Shown piece by piece: positions 48,151-57,017 of a stretch of DNA of 64,000 nucleotides. Under the pieces are notes generated by a model that was not told the origin of the DNA, searched no databases, and saw only the letters and a list, made by a program, of their open reading frames with translations. Where the stretch lies: positions 14,012 through 78,011 of the forward strand of contig WRAW01000001.1 of assembly GCA_009780015.1 (NCBI GenBank), read 5' to 3'. Positions within the stretch are counted from its first letter, which is position 1, and every line of letters begins with the position of its first letter. The position numbers and the translations under genes are program-made. This DNA is from Defluviitaleaceae bacterium (GTDB lineage Bacteria > Bacillota > Clostridia > Lachnospirales > WRAA01).

Positions 48151-49221
48151 TTAACTTAACCTCAAATTCTTTTTGATAATTGCGATCAGAGATATAATGT
48201 CGTCGCGCGAGTGTGTCGGGACGCGCCCGTGCTTGAATGTGCCGTCGGTGGCTATTGCCAGCAGGTGCGCTTCGTCACAGACAGGAGCCTCGACGACGAC
48301 CTCTATCTTTGGAAGGTCTGATCCCTTCAGTCCTTCAACAATTACTATATCGCAGTCGCCCATTAAGTAGATAAGGCGAGAAAGGCAGGCGTCGTCCTGA
48401 GCCAGCATCCTTACCAGTGCGAACTTGGTGCGCGAGTAAATCAGGGTACTGTCGCTCCCGGCTTGACGTAAGCGGTATGTATCCGTGTTCGGCGCGTCCG
48501 GCCCAAAGTCGTGGCCGTCGTGCTTGACGATACCCACTCGGTATCCTTCTGATTTGAAAGCGGCAACCAGTTTTGCGATCAAGGTCGTTTTACCGCTGTT
48601 CTTGAGGCCACTTACGGCAAAGACGGCGGGCTTCCCGCGGCGTTTGCCGTTGGCAAGTTCTTCGAGTTCCGACAGGTAATTGATGTTTGCCACCGCAGAT
48701 TCGTCGAAACGGCTGTATTTAAGCGGTATGTACTTAACCCTCGAGTTGTCGAAAACAGCGCGGGGACTGTACCGCTTTTCACGTAACAACGATTCGATCA
48801 ACGGAACCAGTCTTTTTGAATAAATTGAACAAAGCGGCTGAACCGATTCGTGAGAACGGAGAACAAAGCAGTCGTAGTCGCTGTTCACAAACTCCGCCAT
48901 GAACCCGAACAGCTCCTTTGTTACGCCGGGCATATCAGTCGCGCATACCAGCAAATACTCGTTACGGCAGCGCTTCAAACAGGCGTGTATGCCGCCCAGC
49001 GGCCCCACGTCCGGCGTCTCGTCCTGTACAAGTTCATATGGCAGATGATCGTAGCCCGTATTTTCCCCAACAGAAATCAACACTTCGTCAAAAGCGGAGA
49101 GTTGGCCCAAAATACGTTCGATCAGGCTCTGGTTGTCATACAGCAGAAATGACTTGTTATGCCCGTCCATACGCCGGCTTTTGCCGCCCGCAAGTACTGC
49201 CGCGCTTAATTTCATGGTCAA
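48151..49221 (-). CDS. bifunctional molybdenum cofactor guanylyltransferase MobA / MobB fusion
   Basis: The N-terminus LAGGKSRRMDG..K is MobA. The C-terminus VFAVSGLKNSGKTTLIAKLV..VGIVKHDGHDF is MobB. Confidence 0.85.
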   Translation of the reverse strand: MTMKLSAAVLAGGKSRRMDGHNKSFLLYDNQSLIERILGQLSAFDEVLISVGENTGYDHLPYELVQDETPDVGPLGGIHACLKRCRNEYLLVCATDMPGVTKELFGFMAEFVNSDYDCFVLRSHESVQPLCSIYSKRLVPLIESLLREKRYSPRAVFDNSRVKYIPLKYSRFDESAVANINYLSELEELANGKRRGKPAVFAVSGLKNSGKTTLIAKLVAAFKSEGYRVGIVKHDGHDFGPDAPNTDTYRLRQAGSDSTLIYSRTKFALVRMLAQDDACLSRLIYLMGDCDIVIVEGLKGSDLPKIEVVVEAPVCDEAHLLAIATDGTFKHGRVPTHSRDDIISLIAIIKKNLRLS

Positions 49222-49226
49222 CCCAC

Positions 49227-50438
49227 CTACAGCATTATGACTTCGACCGTGCTGCCCTTTTGCAGCATTGGCGTGTCGGCTTCTATGTCGATCATACAGT
49301 TGCAGTCCAACATGTTTGATAAAACTGAGGATTTGCCTAGAGAACCCACCCAGACCCGGCCGTCTTCATAGCGAGCCCCCACAAAGCGGCGCTGGCGGTT
49401 TTCCTTGTGCAGGTCATTCATAAGGACGGCTTTGTTTCGTTTCGACGCATAGGCGTCCGAACCTAGAAAGGCGCACAGCATCGGGCGAAACAGCAGCTCG
49501 AAAGTTGTCAGCGCGGCCAGCGGATTCCCCGACAGGCTAAGGATCGGTTTTCCGCGGTACATGCTGGCCAGCACCGGGGTTCCGGGGCGCATGTTGATCC
49601 TCCAAAAGAGTTGCTTCGCGCCGAGTTTGCGTATTACGTCGTGCATTATGTCTTTCTTGCCGACAGAGACGGCGCCTGTGGTAATGAGGAAGTCAACGTC
49701 GCCGACCGAGCGTTCTATAAGCGCCGCAAATTCGTCAACATCGTCACGATGCTGTTCGCTCAATACCACTTCGGCACCAAGCTGACAGAGCTTGGCGGCC
49801 AGATAATGGCGGTTACTGCAATATATCTGCCCTGGGGCAAGGGGTTGTCCAAGCTGGGCTAGTTCGCTGCCGCTACTGAGCAGCCCGACGCGTGGCAGAC
49901 ACAGCGCGTCAACCGCAGACAATCCAAGGCTTGCCAGTACGCCGATATGGACGGGAGCCAGCTTTGTGAAGGCGCTTATGACAAGCCGCCCCTTTGATAT
50001 GTCCTCGCCTATCCTTCCATAGTTCGCGAAAGGCTTGACCGGTGAGAACACCTCGACATTCCCATCGTCCTGGTTTGTTTCTTCCTGACGGATAACGGCG
50101 TCCAGGCCGTTTGGGATAGGCGCGCCCGTCATTATGCGAACGCACTGCGCGTCGTCAACCGGGTCTCTGCGAAAATCGCCTGCCATCAGCTCGTCTTGGA
50201 CACAGAGGACGACGGGCTTCTCCATAGTAGCAGATTCGCAGCGGCCGGAAAGCAACGCGTAGCCGTCAACACCCGCACGGTTGAATGTAGGCACATCGAT
50301 TGGAGCATAGATGTCGCGCGCCGCGTGATATCCCAGAGCTCGCTCCAGAGGAACCGTCAATATCTGTCCCTGCGTGCAGACCTGATTTGTCAACAGTCGT
50401 ACGGCTTCCTCCAGCTCTATAGGGTATTGAAGCTTCAT
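49227..50438 (-). CDS. moeA: molybdopterin molybdenumtransferase
   Basis: It has MoeA-like domains (RIGEDI, TGAVSVGKKD, RINMRPGTP). I prefer the ATG at 50438 (MKLQYPIELEEA..) over the 434-aa track start. Confidence 0.88.
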   Translation of the reverse strand: MKLQYPIELEEAVRLLTNQVCTQGQILTVPLERALGYHAARDIYAPIDVPTFNRAGVDGYALLSGRCESATMEKPVVLCVQDELMAGDFRRDPVDDAQCVRIMTGAPIPNGLDAVIRQEETNQDDGNVEVFSPVKPFANYGRIGEDISKGRLVISAFTKLAPVHIGVLASLGLSAVDALCLPRVGLLSSGSELAQLGQPLAPGQIYCSNRHYLAAKLCQLGAEVVLSEQHRDDVDEFAALIERSVGDVDFLITTGAVSVGKKDIMHDVIRKLGAKQLFWRINMRPGTPVLASMYRGKPILSLSGNPLAALTTFELLFRPMLCAFLGSDAYASKRNKAVLMNDLHKENRQRRFVGARYEDGRVWVGSLGKSSVLSNMLDCNCMIDIEADTPMLQKGSTVEVIML

Positions 50439-50521
50439 AACACGCGCTCGAATTGCATACAGGCAGATTGAATCTTGTTCATAAGGCCCCCTTGTGAATT
50501 TCGTGACAAATAGTAAAGTGA

Positions 50522-50713
50522 TTTTAAACAACGAAACGCGAACAAATTCGTGCTTTCATGCTGTCTAAAACTTTCACAATGTAAAAGTTGGTACGGCTTA
50601 AATGGTTTTAGACAACGAAACGCGAACAAATTCGTGCTTTCATGTTGTCTAAAACTTTCACAATGTAAAAGTTGGTGCGGTCTAAGTGGTTTTAGACAAC
50701 GAAACGCGAACAA
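50522..50713. repeat. 2.3 tandem copies of an 84-bp unit, each with a 47-nt hairpin
   Basis: Units start at 50522, 50606 and 50690 (partial). Unit core: tttagacaac-gaaa-cgcgaa-caaa-ttcgtg-c-tttc-at-gttgtctaaa. Units 1 and 2 differ at only a handful of positions. Confidence 0.9.
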
Positions 50714-50717
50714 CAAT

Positions 50718-50759
50718 ATTCTAGCTGTTCTGCGAAAAAAATCTGTGATAATTATCACA
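50718..50759 (-). promoter_or_regulatory. CRP-type palindrome TGTGATAATTATCACA plus TAGAAT -10 box reading toward moeA
   Basis: The palindrome is at 50744..50759. On the minus strand it is followed after 20 nt by TAGAAT (50723..50718). The 13-mer CTAGAATATTGTT is identical to that of the asrA promoter. Confidence 0.6.
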
Positions 50760-50863
50760 TGCGCAGTGAAAACGCACGCAAAAAACATTAGACATCGGCT
50801 TGAAAGTCTGGTAAGATAACGGTTAAAGCCATAGAAAATCGTTGCTTCCTGAGGTGAACCGCT

Positions 50864-52573
50864 GTGAAAAAAGCCATTCTTGTCGTCAGCTTCGGCGTTC
50901 TTAACAAAGCTTCCAGAGATAGAACAGTCACCGCCTGCGAGAGCGAACTCGCGGACGAGTTCGCGGAATACGACTTTTTCAGAGCGTATACTTCGGAAAA
51001 AATCATTGGAAAGATCAGGGCGCGCGAAGGCATTGTCATTGACAATCCGCGTCAGGCGCTGACCGGGATACATAGGCTTGGATATGACGAAGTCGTCGTC
51101 TGCCCGCTATACATAATACACGGTGAGGAATACGGCAAGCTCAAAAACATATGCGAGAGCTTCCGTCAAGCGTTTGGTAAAATTACCCTGGCCGACCCGC
51201 TGCTTGCTTCCGGCGAGGGTATCCGCGAAGTCGCGCAGGCTATAAAGTCCCAACTGCCGGAACCGCGCGGCAACCAAGCCATAGTCCTGGTCGGCCACGG
51301 AACCTCGGGGACGGCTCACCCCTCGTACCCCGCGCTGGAATCGGCTCTGCAAGACGCCGGAGTAAACGCCTTTATCGGCACACTCAAAGAATCACAGTCC
51401 CTTGAGCATGTGGCCGGCAAGCTCAAGCGGCATAATATAACAAGCGTCATACTGATGTCCCTGCTTCTTGCGGCCGGATATCACTCTTCCAACGAAATCG
51501 GCGGCTCCGACCGCAACTCGTGGAAGAACAGGCTTGAGACGCTTGGCTACGGCGTAACGGTGAACCCTGCAAGCCTGGGTGAAAACCCTCACATCCGAAA
51601 ACTGTTCAATCGCCGCATACATAGAATGTTAGCACAATCCGATCAGAATCACAATCGCCTTGTAATCGGCACAAGAGGCAGCAACCTGGCTCTGGCGCAG
51701 ACCCGCTGGGTCATTGAGCGGCTGACCGCCGCCCACCCCGGCGTCGAGTGTGAGGTCAGGACAATCGAAACAAAGGGGGACGCCGTACAACACCTACCGC
51801 TCGGCAAAATAGGCGGCAGCGGCCTGTTTATCAGGGAAGTGGAACAGCAGCTGCTCGATCGCCGAATCGACGTCGCCGTACATAGCATGAAGGATCTGCC
51901 AAGCGCGATGACTCCCGGCCTGAGGCTTGTTTCCACGCCAAAACGCGAAGATCCGCGCGATGTTCTGATACTCAGGGACGGCTCTGCGAGCTTGGACGAC
52001 CTCCCACACGGCGCAAGAATCGGCACAGGCAGCGCAAGAAGAAAATACCAGATTCTGACAGTGCGCCCCGACTTGGAAATCATCCCGATACGCGGCAACA
52101 TCGAGACGCGCATACGTAAAATAGGCGAAGAGAATCTCGACGGGGTCGTCCTGGCTGCGGCCGGCGTACTGCGCGCCGGACTGTCCCACATGATAAGTTC
52201 CTATCTTCCCCTGGACGTTATGATTCCGGCTCCGGCTCAAGGTATTCTCGCAATCCAGATACGCGAAAACGACTTTGAAACCGAGGATTTGCTAAAGCCC
52301 ATAAAAGACGGCGAAGCCTGTTTGCAAGCCGCCGCCGAAAGAGCGTTTCTGGAAGGCATAGGCGGGTCGTGTCACATTCCCGTGGGCGCGCACTGCGAGG
52401 TACAAAGCGGCAAGCTCCGATTAACCGGCCTTGTGGGCGACGCCGAGGGTAGAAAATTAGTCACAAATACCATTGAAAAACACTTCGGAAAATCTCCAGA
52501 CCAGTACGATGCGCGGGAACTTGGGCTGGCCTTGGCAAATGAAGTCAAGCGCCTGATGTGTGAGGAATCATGA
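50864..52573 (+). CDS. fusion protein: sirohydrochlorin chelatase CbiK + hydroxymethylbilane synthase HemC
   Basis: The N-terminal about 260 aa is colinear with CbiK (MKKAILVVSFG.., GHGTSGTAH, LLAAGYHS, SWKNRL, LGENPHIR). The C-terminal part is LVIGTRGSNLALAQT..HSMKDLP..IRGNIETR, which is HemC. GTG start after GAGGTG. Confidence 0.88.
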   Translation: MKKAILVVSFGVLNKASRDRTVTACESELADEFAEYDFFRAYTSEKIIGKIRAREGIVIDNPRQALTGIHRLGYDEVVVCPLYIIHGEEYGKLKNICESFRQAFGKITLADPLLASGEGIREVAQAIKSQLPEPRGNQAIVLVGHGTSGTAHPSYPALESALQDAGVNAFIGTLKESQSLEHVAGKLKRHNITSVILMSLLLAAGYHSSNEIGGSDRNSWKNRLETLGYGVTVNPASLGENPHIRKLFNRRIHRMLAQSDQNHNRLVIGTRGSNLALAQTRWVIERLTAAHPGVECEVRTIETKGDAVQHLPLGKIGGSGLFIREVEQQLLDRRIDVAVHSMKDLPSAMTPGLRLVSTPKREDPRDVLILRDGSASLDDLPHGARIGTGSARRKYQILTVRPDLEIIPIRGNIETRIRKIGEENLDGVVLAAAGVLRAGLSHMISSYLPLDVMIPAPAQGILAIQIRENDFETEDLLKPIKDGEACLQAAAERAFLEGIGGSCHIPVGAHCEVQSGKLRLTGLVGDAEGRKLVTNTIEKHFGKSPDQYDARELGLALANEVKRLMCEES

Positions 52574-54126
52574 ACAACACTGTCTTCCTGGTCGGCGCAG
52601 GCCCCGGGGATTTCAAGCTTCTGACTCTCAAGGGATTGGAGTGCGTCCGTCAGGCGGACGTCATCATCTATGATGAACTGGTAAACACGCAATTCCTGCG
52701 CGAAGCCGGCGACGACTGTGAGCTTGTCTACGCCGGCAAATCATCCGGTTGTCACACATTACCCCAGGATCAGATACACGCGTTCATGATCGAAAAAGCC
52801 AAGCAGGGCAAGACCGTCGTGAGGCTGAAAGGCGGCGACCCTTACGTATTCGGGCGCGGCGGCGAAGAGGCTCAAGCCCTGCGTAAGAGCGGCATAGCAT
52901 TCGAGGTTGTGCCCGGCGTCAGTTCCGCCATAGGCGGGCCGGCGTATGCCGGAATACCCATAACGCACAGGGATTACGCCTCGTCCTTCCACGTAATAGC
53001 GGGTCACAGCAGGGTAGACGGCCAACACGCTAACGAGCCTGACTGGGACACGCTGGCCAAGCTTGACGGAACCCTCGTCTTCCTGATGGGGGTAGGCAAC
53101 CTGCGCAAGATTACTCAGTATCTGCTTGACGGGGGAAAACCCGCCGACACGCCCGCGGCGCTGATAAGCCGCGCTTGCGGCCCAAATCAGCGCGTAGTTA
53201 CGACAACCCTGGTACACGCATATGACGCGGCCACGGAAAACGACATCGGCCCACCGGCTATCATCGTGATCGGCGGCGTAGTCAGCCTGCGCGAAGAGCT
53301 AAACTTCTTCGAGCGCAAGCCCCTTTTCGGCAAGAGCGTAATATTAACGCGCGCAAAGGGTCAGAATGACCGCATGTCGCAAAAAATTTCAGATCTTGGC
53401 GGCGAAGCCATAGAAGCGCCGTCCATCAAAATAGTCACCATTCCCGGCAACCGCGCGCTGGAACTCGAAATAGCCCGTCTGAATTTATACAAATTCCTGA
53501 TATTTACGAGCCAGAACTCTGTCGACATATTCTTCGCCAAGCTGTATGAAATGGGGCTTGACGCGCGGTCGCTGGCAGGTACGCGGATAGCCGCCGTCGG
53601 CTCGCAAACGGCGCTGACGCTGTCAAAAAAAGGCATACGCGCCGACCTCGTTCCGCGCAGACACACCGCCGCAGGGCTGGTGCAGGAAATTTCGCTCCTG
53701 TTCGCTCCAATGGACAAGGTATTGATACCAAGAGCCGTGAACGCGCCGTTCGCTTTTTCAGACGCGCTGAACGCGGATATCACGGAAGTCGGAGTCTACG
53801 AGACCATACCAGACCACAGCAGCCGCGAACTTGCGCTAAGCCGCCTGCGCGAAGGCCGCGCCGACTATCTGACGTTTACAAGCCCATCATGCGTATCCGG
53901 CTTTGTCGCTCAGATCGGAGCTGAAAATCTGCCTCTCCTCGATCCGGTAAGAATCATCGCGATAGGCCCGGTCACAGGCTTGGCGGTTCAGTCCCACGGA
54001 CTGAGGCTGCACAGACAGGCGGCGCATCACAGCTCCGACGCCATTATCGAATGTATTAAGGAGGACGCACATTGTCAAGACGCCCCAGAAGACTCCGCAG
54101 AACCGACGCAATCCGAAGCCTTGTAA
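52570..54126 (+). CDS. uroporphyrinogen-III C-methyltransferase / uroporphyrinogen-III synthase fusion
   Basis: VFLVGAGPGDFKLLTLKG, RLKGGDPYVFGRGGEE and VPGVSSA are CobA/SUMT. The C-terminal half is HemD-like. Confidence 0.88.
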   Translation: MNNTVFLVGAGPGDFKLLTLKGLECVRQADVIIYDELVNTQFLREAGDDCELVYAGKSSGCHTLPQDQIHAFMIEKAKQGKTVVRLKGGDPYVFGRGGEEAQALRKSGIAFEVVPGVSSAIGGPAYAGIPITHRDYASSFHVIAGHSRVDGQHANEPDWDTLAKLDGTLVFLMGVGNLRKITQYLLDGGKPADTPAALISRACGPNQRVVTTTLVHAYDAATENDIGPPAIIVIGGVVSLREELNFFERKPLFGKSVILTRAKGQNDRMSQKISDLGGEAIEAPSIKIVTIPGNRALELEIARLNLYKFLIFTSQNSVDIFFAKLYEMGLDARSLAGTRIAAVGSQTALTLSKKGIRADLVPRRHTAAGLVQEISLLFAPMDKVLIPRAVNAPFAFSDALNADITEVGVYETIPDHSSRELALSRLREGRADYLTFTSPSCVSGFVAQIGAENLPLLDPVRIIAIGPVTGLAVQSHGLRLHRQAAHHSSDAIIECIKEDAHCQDAPEDSAEPTQSEAL

Positions 54127-55052
54127 GAGAAACCCGGCTGCACGTACAAGACCTCATATACCCCATGTTTATAGTGGAAGGCGAAGGCATACGGCGTGAA
54201 ATACCGTCTCTTCCCGATGTCTGTCAGTTCTCGCCGGACATGCTTGAGGAAGAAATCCGCGAAATCTGCTCCCTTGGACTGCGGCACGTCCTTCTCTTCG
54301 GAGCCCCTCACGCCAGCCGCAAGGACGAAGCCGGCACACCGGCCTTTAGCGAATACGGCGTGGTGCAGCAAGCCGTACGCGAGATCAAGAAGATCGCGCC
54401 CGATATCTGCGTGACGACCGACGTATGCATGTGCGGATATACAAACCATGGACATTGCGGACTCCTCGACGAGCAAGGCTGTGTGGACAACGACCTCACC
54501 CTTGGTCATCTGGCCGCGATTGCGCTGAGCCACGCCCAAGCCGGCGCCGACATCATAGCGCCGTCGGACATGATGGACGGCCGCGTCGCCCGCATACGCG
54601 ACGCCCTGGACAGCGGCGGCTACGACCATATTCCGATAATGGTGTACAGCGCCAAGTATGCCTCGAGCTTCTACGGCCCGTTCAGGCACGCTGCCAATTC
54701 CGCGCCGCAAACCGGAGACCGCAAAGGCTACCAGATGGACTTCGCCAACGCGAACGAAGCGCTGATAGAATGCGCCCTGGACGTACAGGAAGGCGCCGAC
54801 ATTCTTATGGTCAAGCCCGCTATGGCCTATCTTGACATAATAAGCCGCGTGAAGCAGCACTGCGGTCTGCCTCTGGCAGCCTACAGCGTCAGCGGCGAGT
54901 ACGCGATGTTAAAGTCTGCCATACAGCACGGCATCCTGTCGGAAGCCGCAGTCTACGAGACGATAATCGCAATCAAGCGCGCCGGAGCCGACATAATAAT
55001 CACATACTTCGCGAAAGACCTGGCAAAAATGCTTAGAGCCTGCGATCAATAA
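54072..55052 (+). CDS. hemB: porphobilinogen synthase
   Basis: RPRRLRRTDAIRSLVRETRL, DVCMCGYTNHGHCG (Zn Cys cluster), PSDMMDGR, YASSFYGPFR and MVKPA. The TTG start follows AGGAGG. The last codons and stop lie in repeat copy C. Confidence 0.93.
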   Translation: MSRRPRRLRRTDAIRSLVRETRLHVQDLIYPMFIVEGEGIRREIPSLPDVCQFSPDMLEEEIREICSLGLRHVLLFGAPHASRKDEAGTPAFSEYGVVQQAVREIKKIAPDICVTTDVCMCGYTNHGHCGLLDEQGCVDNDLTLGHLAAIALSHAQAGADIIAPSDMMDGRVARIRDALDSGGYDHIPIMVYSAKYASSFYGPFRHAANSAPQTGDRKGYQMDFANANEALIECALDVQEGADILMVKPAMAYLDIISRVKQHCGLPLAAYSVSGEYAMLKSAIQHGILSEAAVYETIIAIKRAGADIIITYFAKDLAKMLRACDQ

Positions 55053-55242
55053 TGCTCAACGCCGCCTGGAAGGCCGAGCTCCACACAACGAAGCCAAAAT
55101 CACGCTTCGTGGGAGCCCCGGTTTTCCGCCATTCATCGTTAGCAACTCCTTGTATAACGCTACGGGTATGCGGCGGAGACACTTTCTAAATTGGCGAAAA
55201 ATCGCCGCTTCTAGCTGATATTTCGGTTATTGACCACAGGTT
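55038..55242 (+). repeat. family-1 nested palindromic structured repeat, copy C
   Basis: It aligns along its whole length with copy B (gctcaacgccg, cgaagcc..gcttcgtggg, ccccggttttccgcca, attggcgaaaaatcgcc, cttctag, atttcggttattgacc). The left arm gcctgcgatcaataat overlaps the hemB 3' end. Confidence 0.85.
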
Positions 55243-55257
55243 CCGAAAGGACAACAC

Positions 55258-55767
55258 ATGTTCTATCCCATACACCTCAACATATCCGACATGAATATAA
55301 CCGTCGTCGGGGGCGGACGTATAGCATATCGAAAGTGCAAGTTCTTCCTGGAAAGCGGCAAAGCCGTAACCATGGTGGCGATGGAATTCTGTCCAGAGCT
55401 TGAGGCGGCCGGGGACAGGCTCAAGCTCATCCGCGACAGCTACAGGAAGGAATATATCTCCGACAGCGCGCTGGTTATCGCCGCTACAAACGACCGTGAG
55501 ACAAACCGGCGTATCGCCGCGGACTGCGCAGAGTCGCAAAAACTTGTAAACGTAGCTGACGACACGAGCCTTTCCGGCTTCATAGTCCCGGCGTGCGTCA
55601 AGCGCGGCGATCTGCTGATCTGCGTGGCTACCGGAGGCAAGAGCCCTTCCCTGTCAAAGCGAATCAAACGTGAGCTTGAGGCCCGGTATGACGAATCATA
55701 CAGAGTCCACGCAGCCGCGTTAGGCTATGAGCGTAAGAAGAGCAAGGAGCCGCCGTCATGGACATAG
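55258..55767 (+). CDS. precorrin-2 dehydrogenase / sirohydrochlorin ferrochelatase-like (SirC, CysG N-terminal type)
   Basis: MFYPIHLNISDMNITVVGGGRIAYRK (Rossmann fold), VNVADD and ICVATGGKSPSLSKRIK. Confidence 0.82.
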   Translation: MFYPIHLNISDMNITVVGGGRIAYRKCKFFLESGKAVTMVAMEFCPELEAAGDRLKLIRDSYRKEYISDSALVIAATNDRETNRRIAADCAESQKLVNVADDTSLSGFIVPACVKRGDLLICVATGGKSPSLSKRIKRELEARYDESYRVHAAALGYERKKSKEPPSWT

Positions 55768-57017
55768 CCGTAATCGGCGTCAGCCACCGCCTTGCGCCCA
55801 TCGAAATCCGCGAGGCCGTGTCGTTCACACAAAGCAGGAAAATAGAAGCCATAAACTGTTTGCTGGACGATGGCGCACACGAGGTCATAGTACTTTCGAC
55901 CTGCAACCGAAGCGAGATATACGTATCGGTCGACGTCGCGGATACCAAAATTGAATCGGCGAAGAATTTTTTCCGTTGCTTCTCGGGATGCCCTGATATC
56001 GATAGTTACATATATTCCAAGACAAACAAAGATGCGGCCGCCCACATCTTTGACGTGAGCGCCGGCCTGGATTCCGCCATATTGGGCGAGGATCAGATAC
56101 TCGGCCAGGTCAAGGATGCCCTGGAGCTGGCCATAAGCGTCGGTTCAAGCGGAAAAACGCTCAACAGGCTGTTCACTCAGGCTATCACCACGGCCAAGGA
56201 GATAAAGACACAGACCAAGATTTCCCAGACGCCGCTTTCGATCAGTTATATCGCGGTCAAATTCCTGAAGCGCGAGCTCGGGTCTCTTGCCGGGAAGGAT
56301 GTTATGGTGATCGGAGTCGGCAAGATGAGCCGCCTTGCCCTCAATCATTTAGCGGATGAGGACGTAGGTACGATCTATCTGGCCAACAAGGACGCCGCCA
56401 AGAGCGACGAACTACGCGAGAAGCTTCCCAAGGTTGTGCCCGTCCCCTACGAAGACCGCTATAATGTAATGAGCCGATGCGACGTCGTGGTAAGCGCCAC
56501 CGCCTCCCCTCACCTTGTAATCCGTGTGGAAGACTGCCAAGAGCTTGAGCGTCCGCTTGTGCTGATGGATATCGCCATGCCGCGCGACATCGACCCGAGG
56601 TTGGCCGGACTTCCAAACGTAAAGCTCTTCGACATCGACGTTCTCAAGACTATCCGGGACGAAAACGACAAACAGCGCAGGGAACTGGCAAATCTGGCCC
56701 GTAAGACGACCGCGCGGCGCGCCGGAGACTTCATGACATGGCTGGATATGTCCGACCTTGACACAACGATCAGGCATCTGAACGAACGCTGCGCCGACAT
56801 TAAGGACAACTCTCTCGGCTATCTGTTCAGGAAGACCAATTTATCGCCGAGAGATCGCCAACTTGTCGAACAAGTAATGATGTCCGCTCTCAAGAAAGTT
56901 CTGCGCGAACCGATCCTTAATCTGAAACAGATCCGCGACAAGCGTGAGCGCGAAAACTGTATCAAGGCCGTTAAGTACTTATTCGACATACATGAGGTGG
57001 AACATGATGAAGCGTGA
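55758..57017 (+). CDS. hemA: glutamyl-tRNA reductase
   Basis: IAVIGVSHRLAPIEIRE, LSTCNRSEIY, GLDSAILGEDQILGQVK and VIGVGKMS. Confidence 0.93.
   Translation: MDIAVIGVSHRLAPIEIREAVSFTQSRKIEAINCLLDDGAHEVIVLSTCNRSEIYVSVDVADTKIESAKNFFRCFSGCPDIDSYIYSKTNKDAAAHIFDVSAGLDSAILGEDQILGQVKDALELAISVGSSGKTLNRLFTQAITTAKEIKTQTKISQTPLSISYIAVKFLKRELGSLAGKDVMVIGVGKMSRLALNHLADEDVGTIYLANKDAAKSDELREKLPKVVPVPYEDRYNVMSRCDVVVSATASPHLVIRVEDCQELERPLVLMDIAMPRDIDPRLAGLPNVKLFDIDVLKTIRDENDKQRRELANLARKTTARRAGDFMTWLDMSDLDTTIRHLNERCADIKDNSLGYLFRKTNLSPRDRQLVEQVMMSALKKVLREPILNLKQIRDKRERENCIKAVKYLFDIHEVEHDEA

Noticed and set aside
50522-50713. Possible small CRISPR array, given the repeats beginning GTTTTAGAC...
   Set aside because: The segments between the hairpins are themselves repeated almost identically with an 84-bp period. 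There are therefore no unique spacers, only 2.3 units, and no cas genes in the window. It is a tandem duplication, not a CRISPR.
50439-50863. Moco riboswitch upstream of moeA, or cobalamin riboswitch upstream of cbiK
   Set aside because: I could not find the conserved Moco core (as I recall it, a CCUCCGAG-type segment) or a B12 box on the relevant strands. This is from memory only, so cmscan should confirm it.
50435-51073. 212-aa reverse-strand ORF spanning the moeA/cbiK intergenic region
   Set aside because: It runs through the tandem repeats, the promoter region and the antisense of cbiK. It has a repetitive, low-complexity translation and no RBS at its start. Only its last 15 codons (the uORF) look meaningful.
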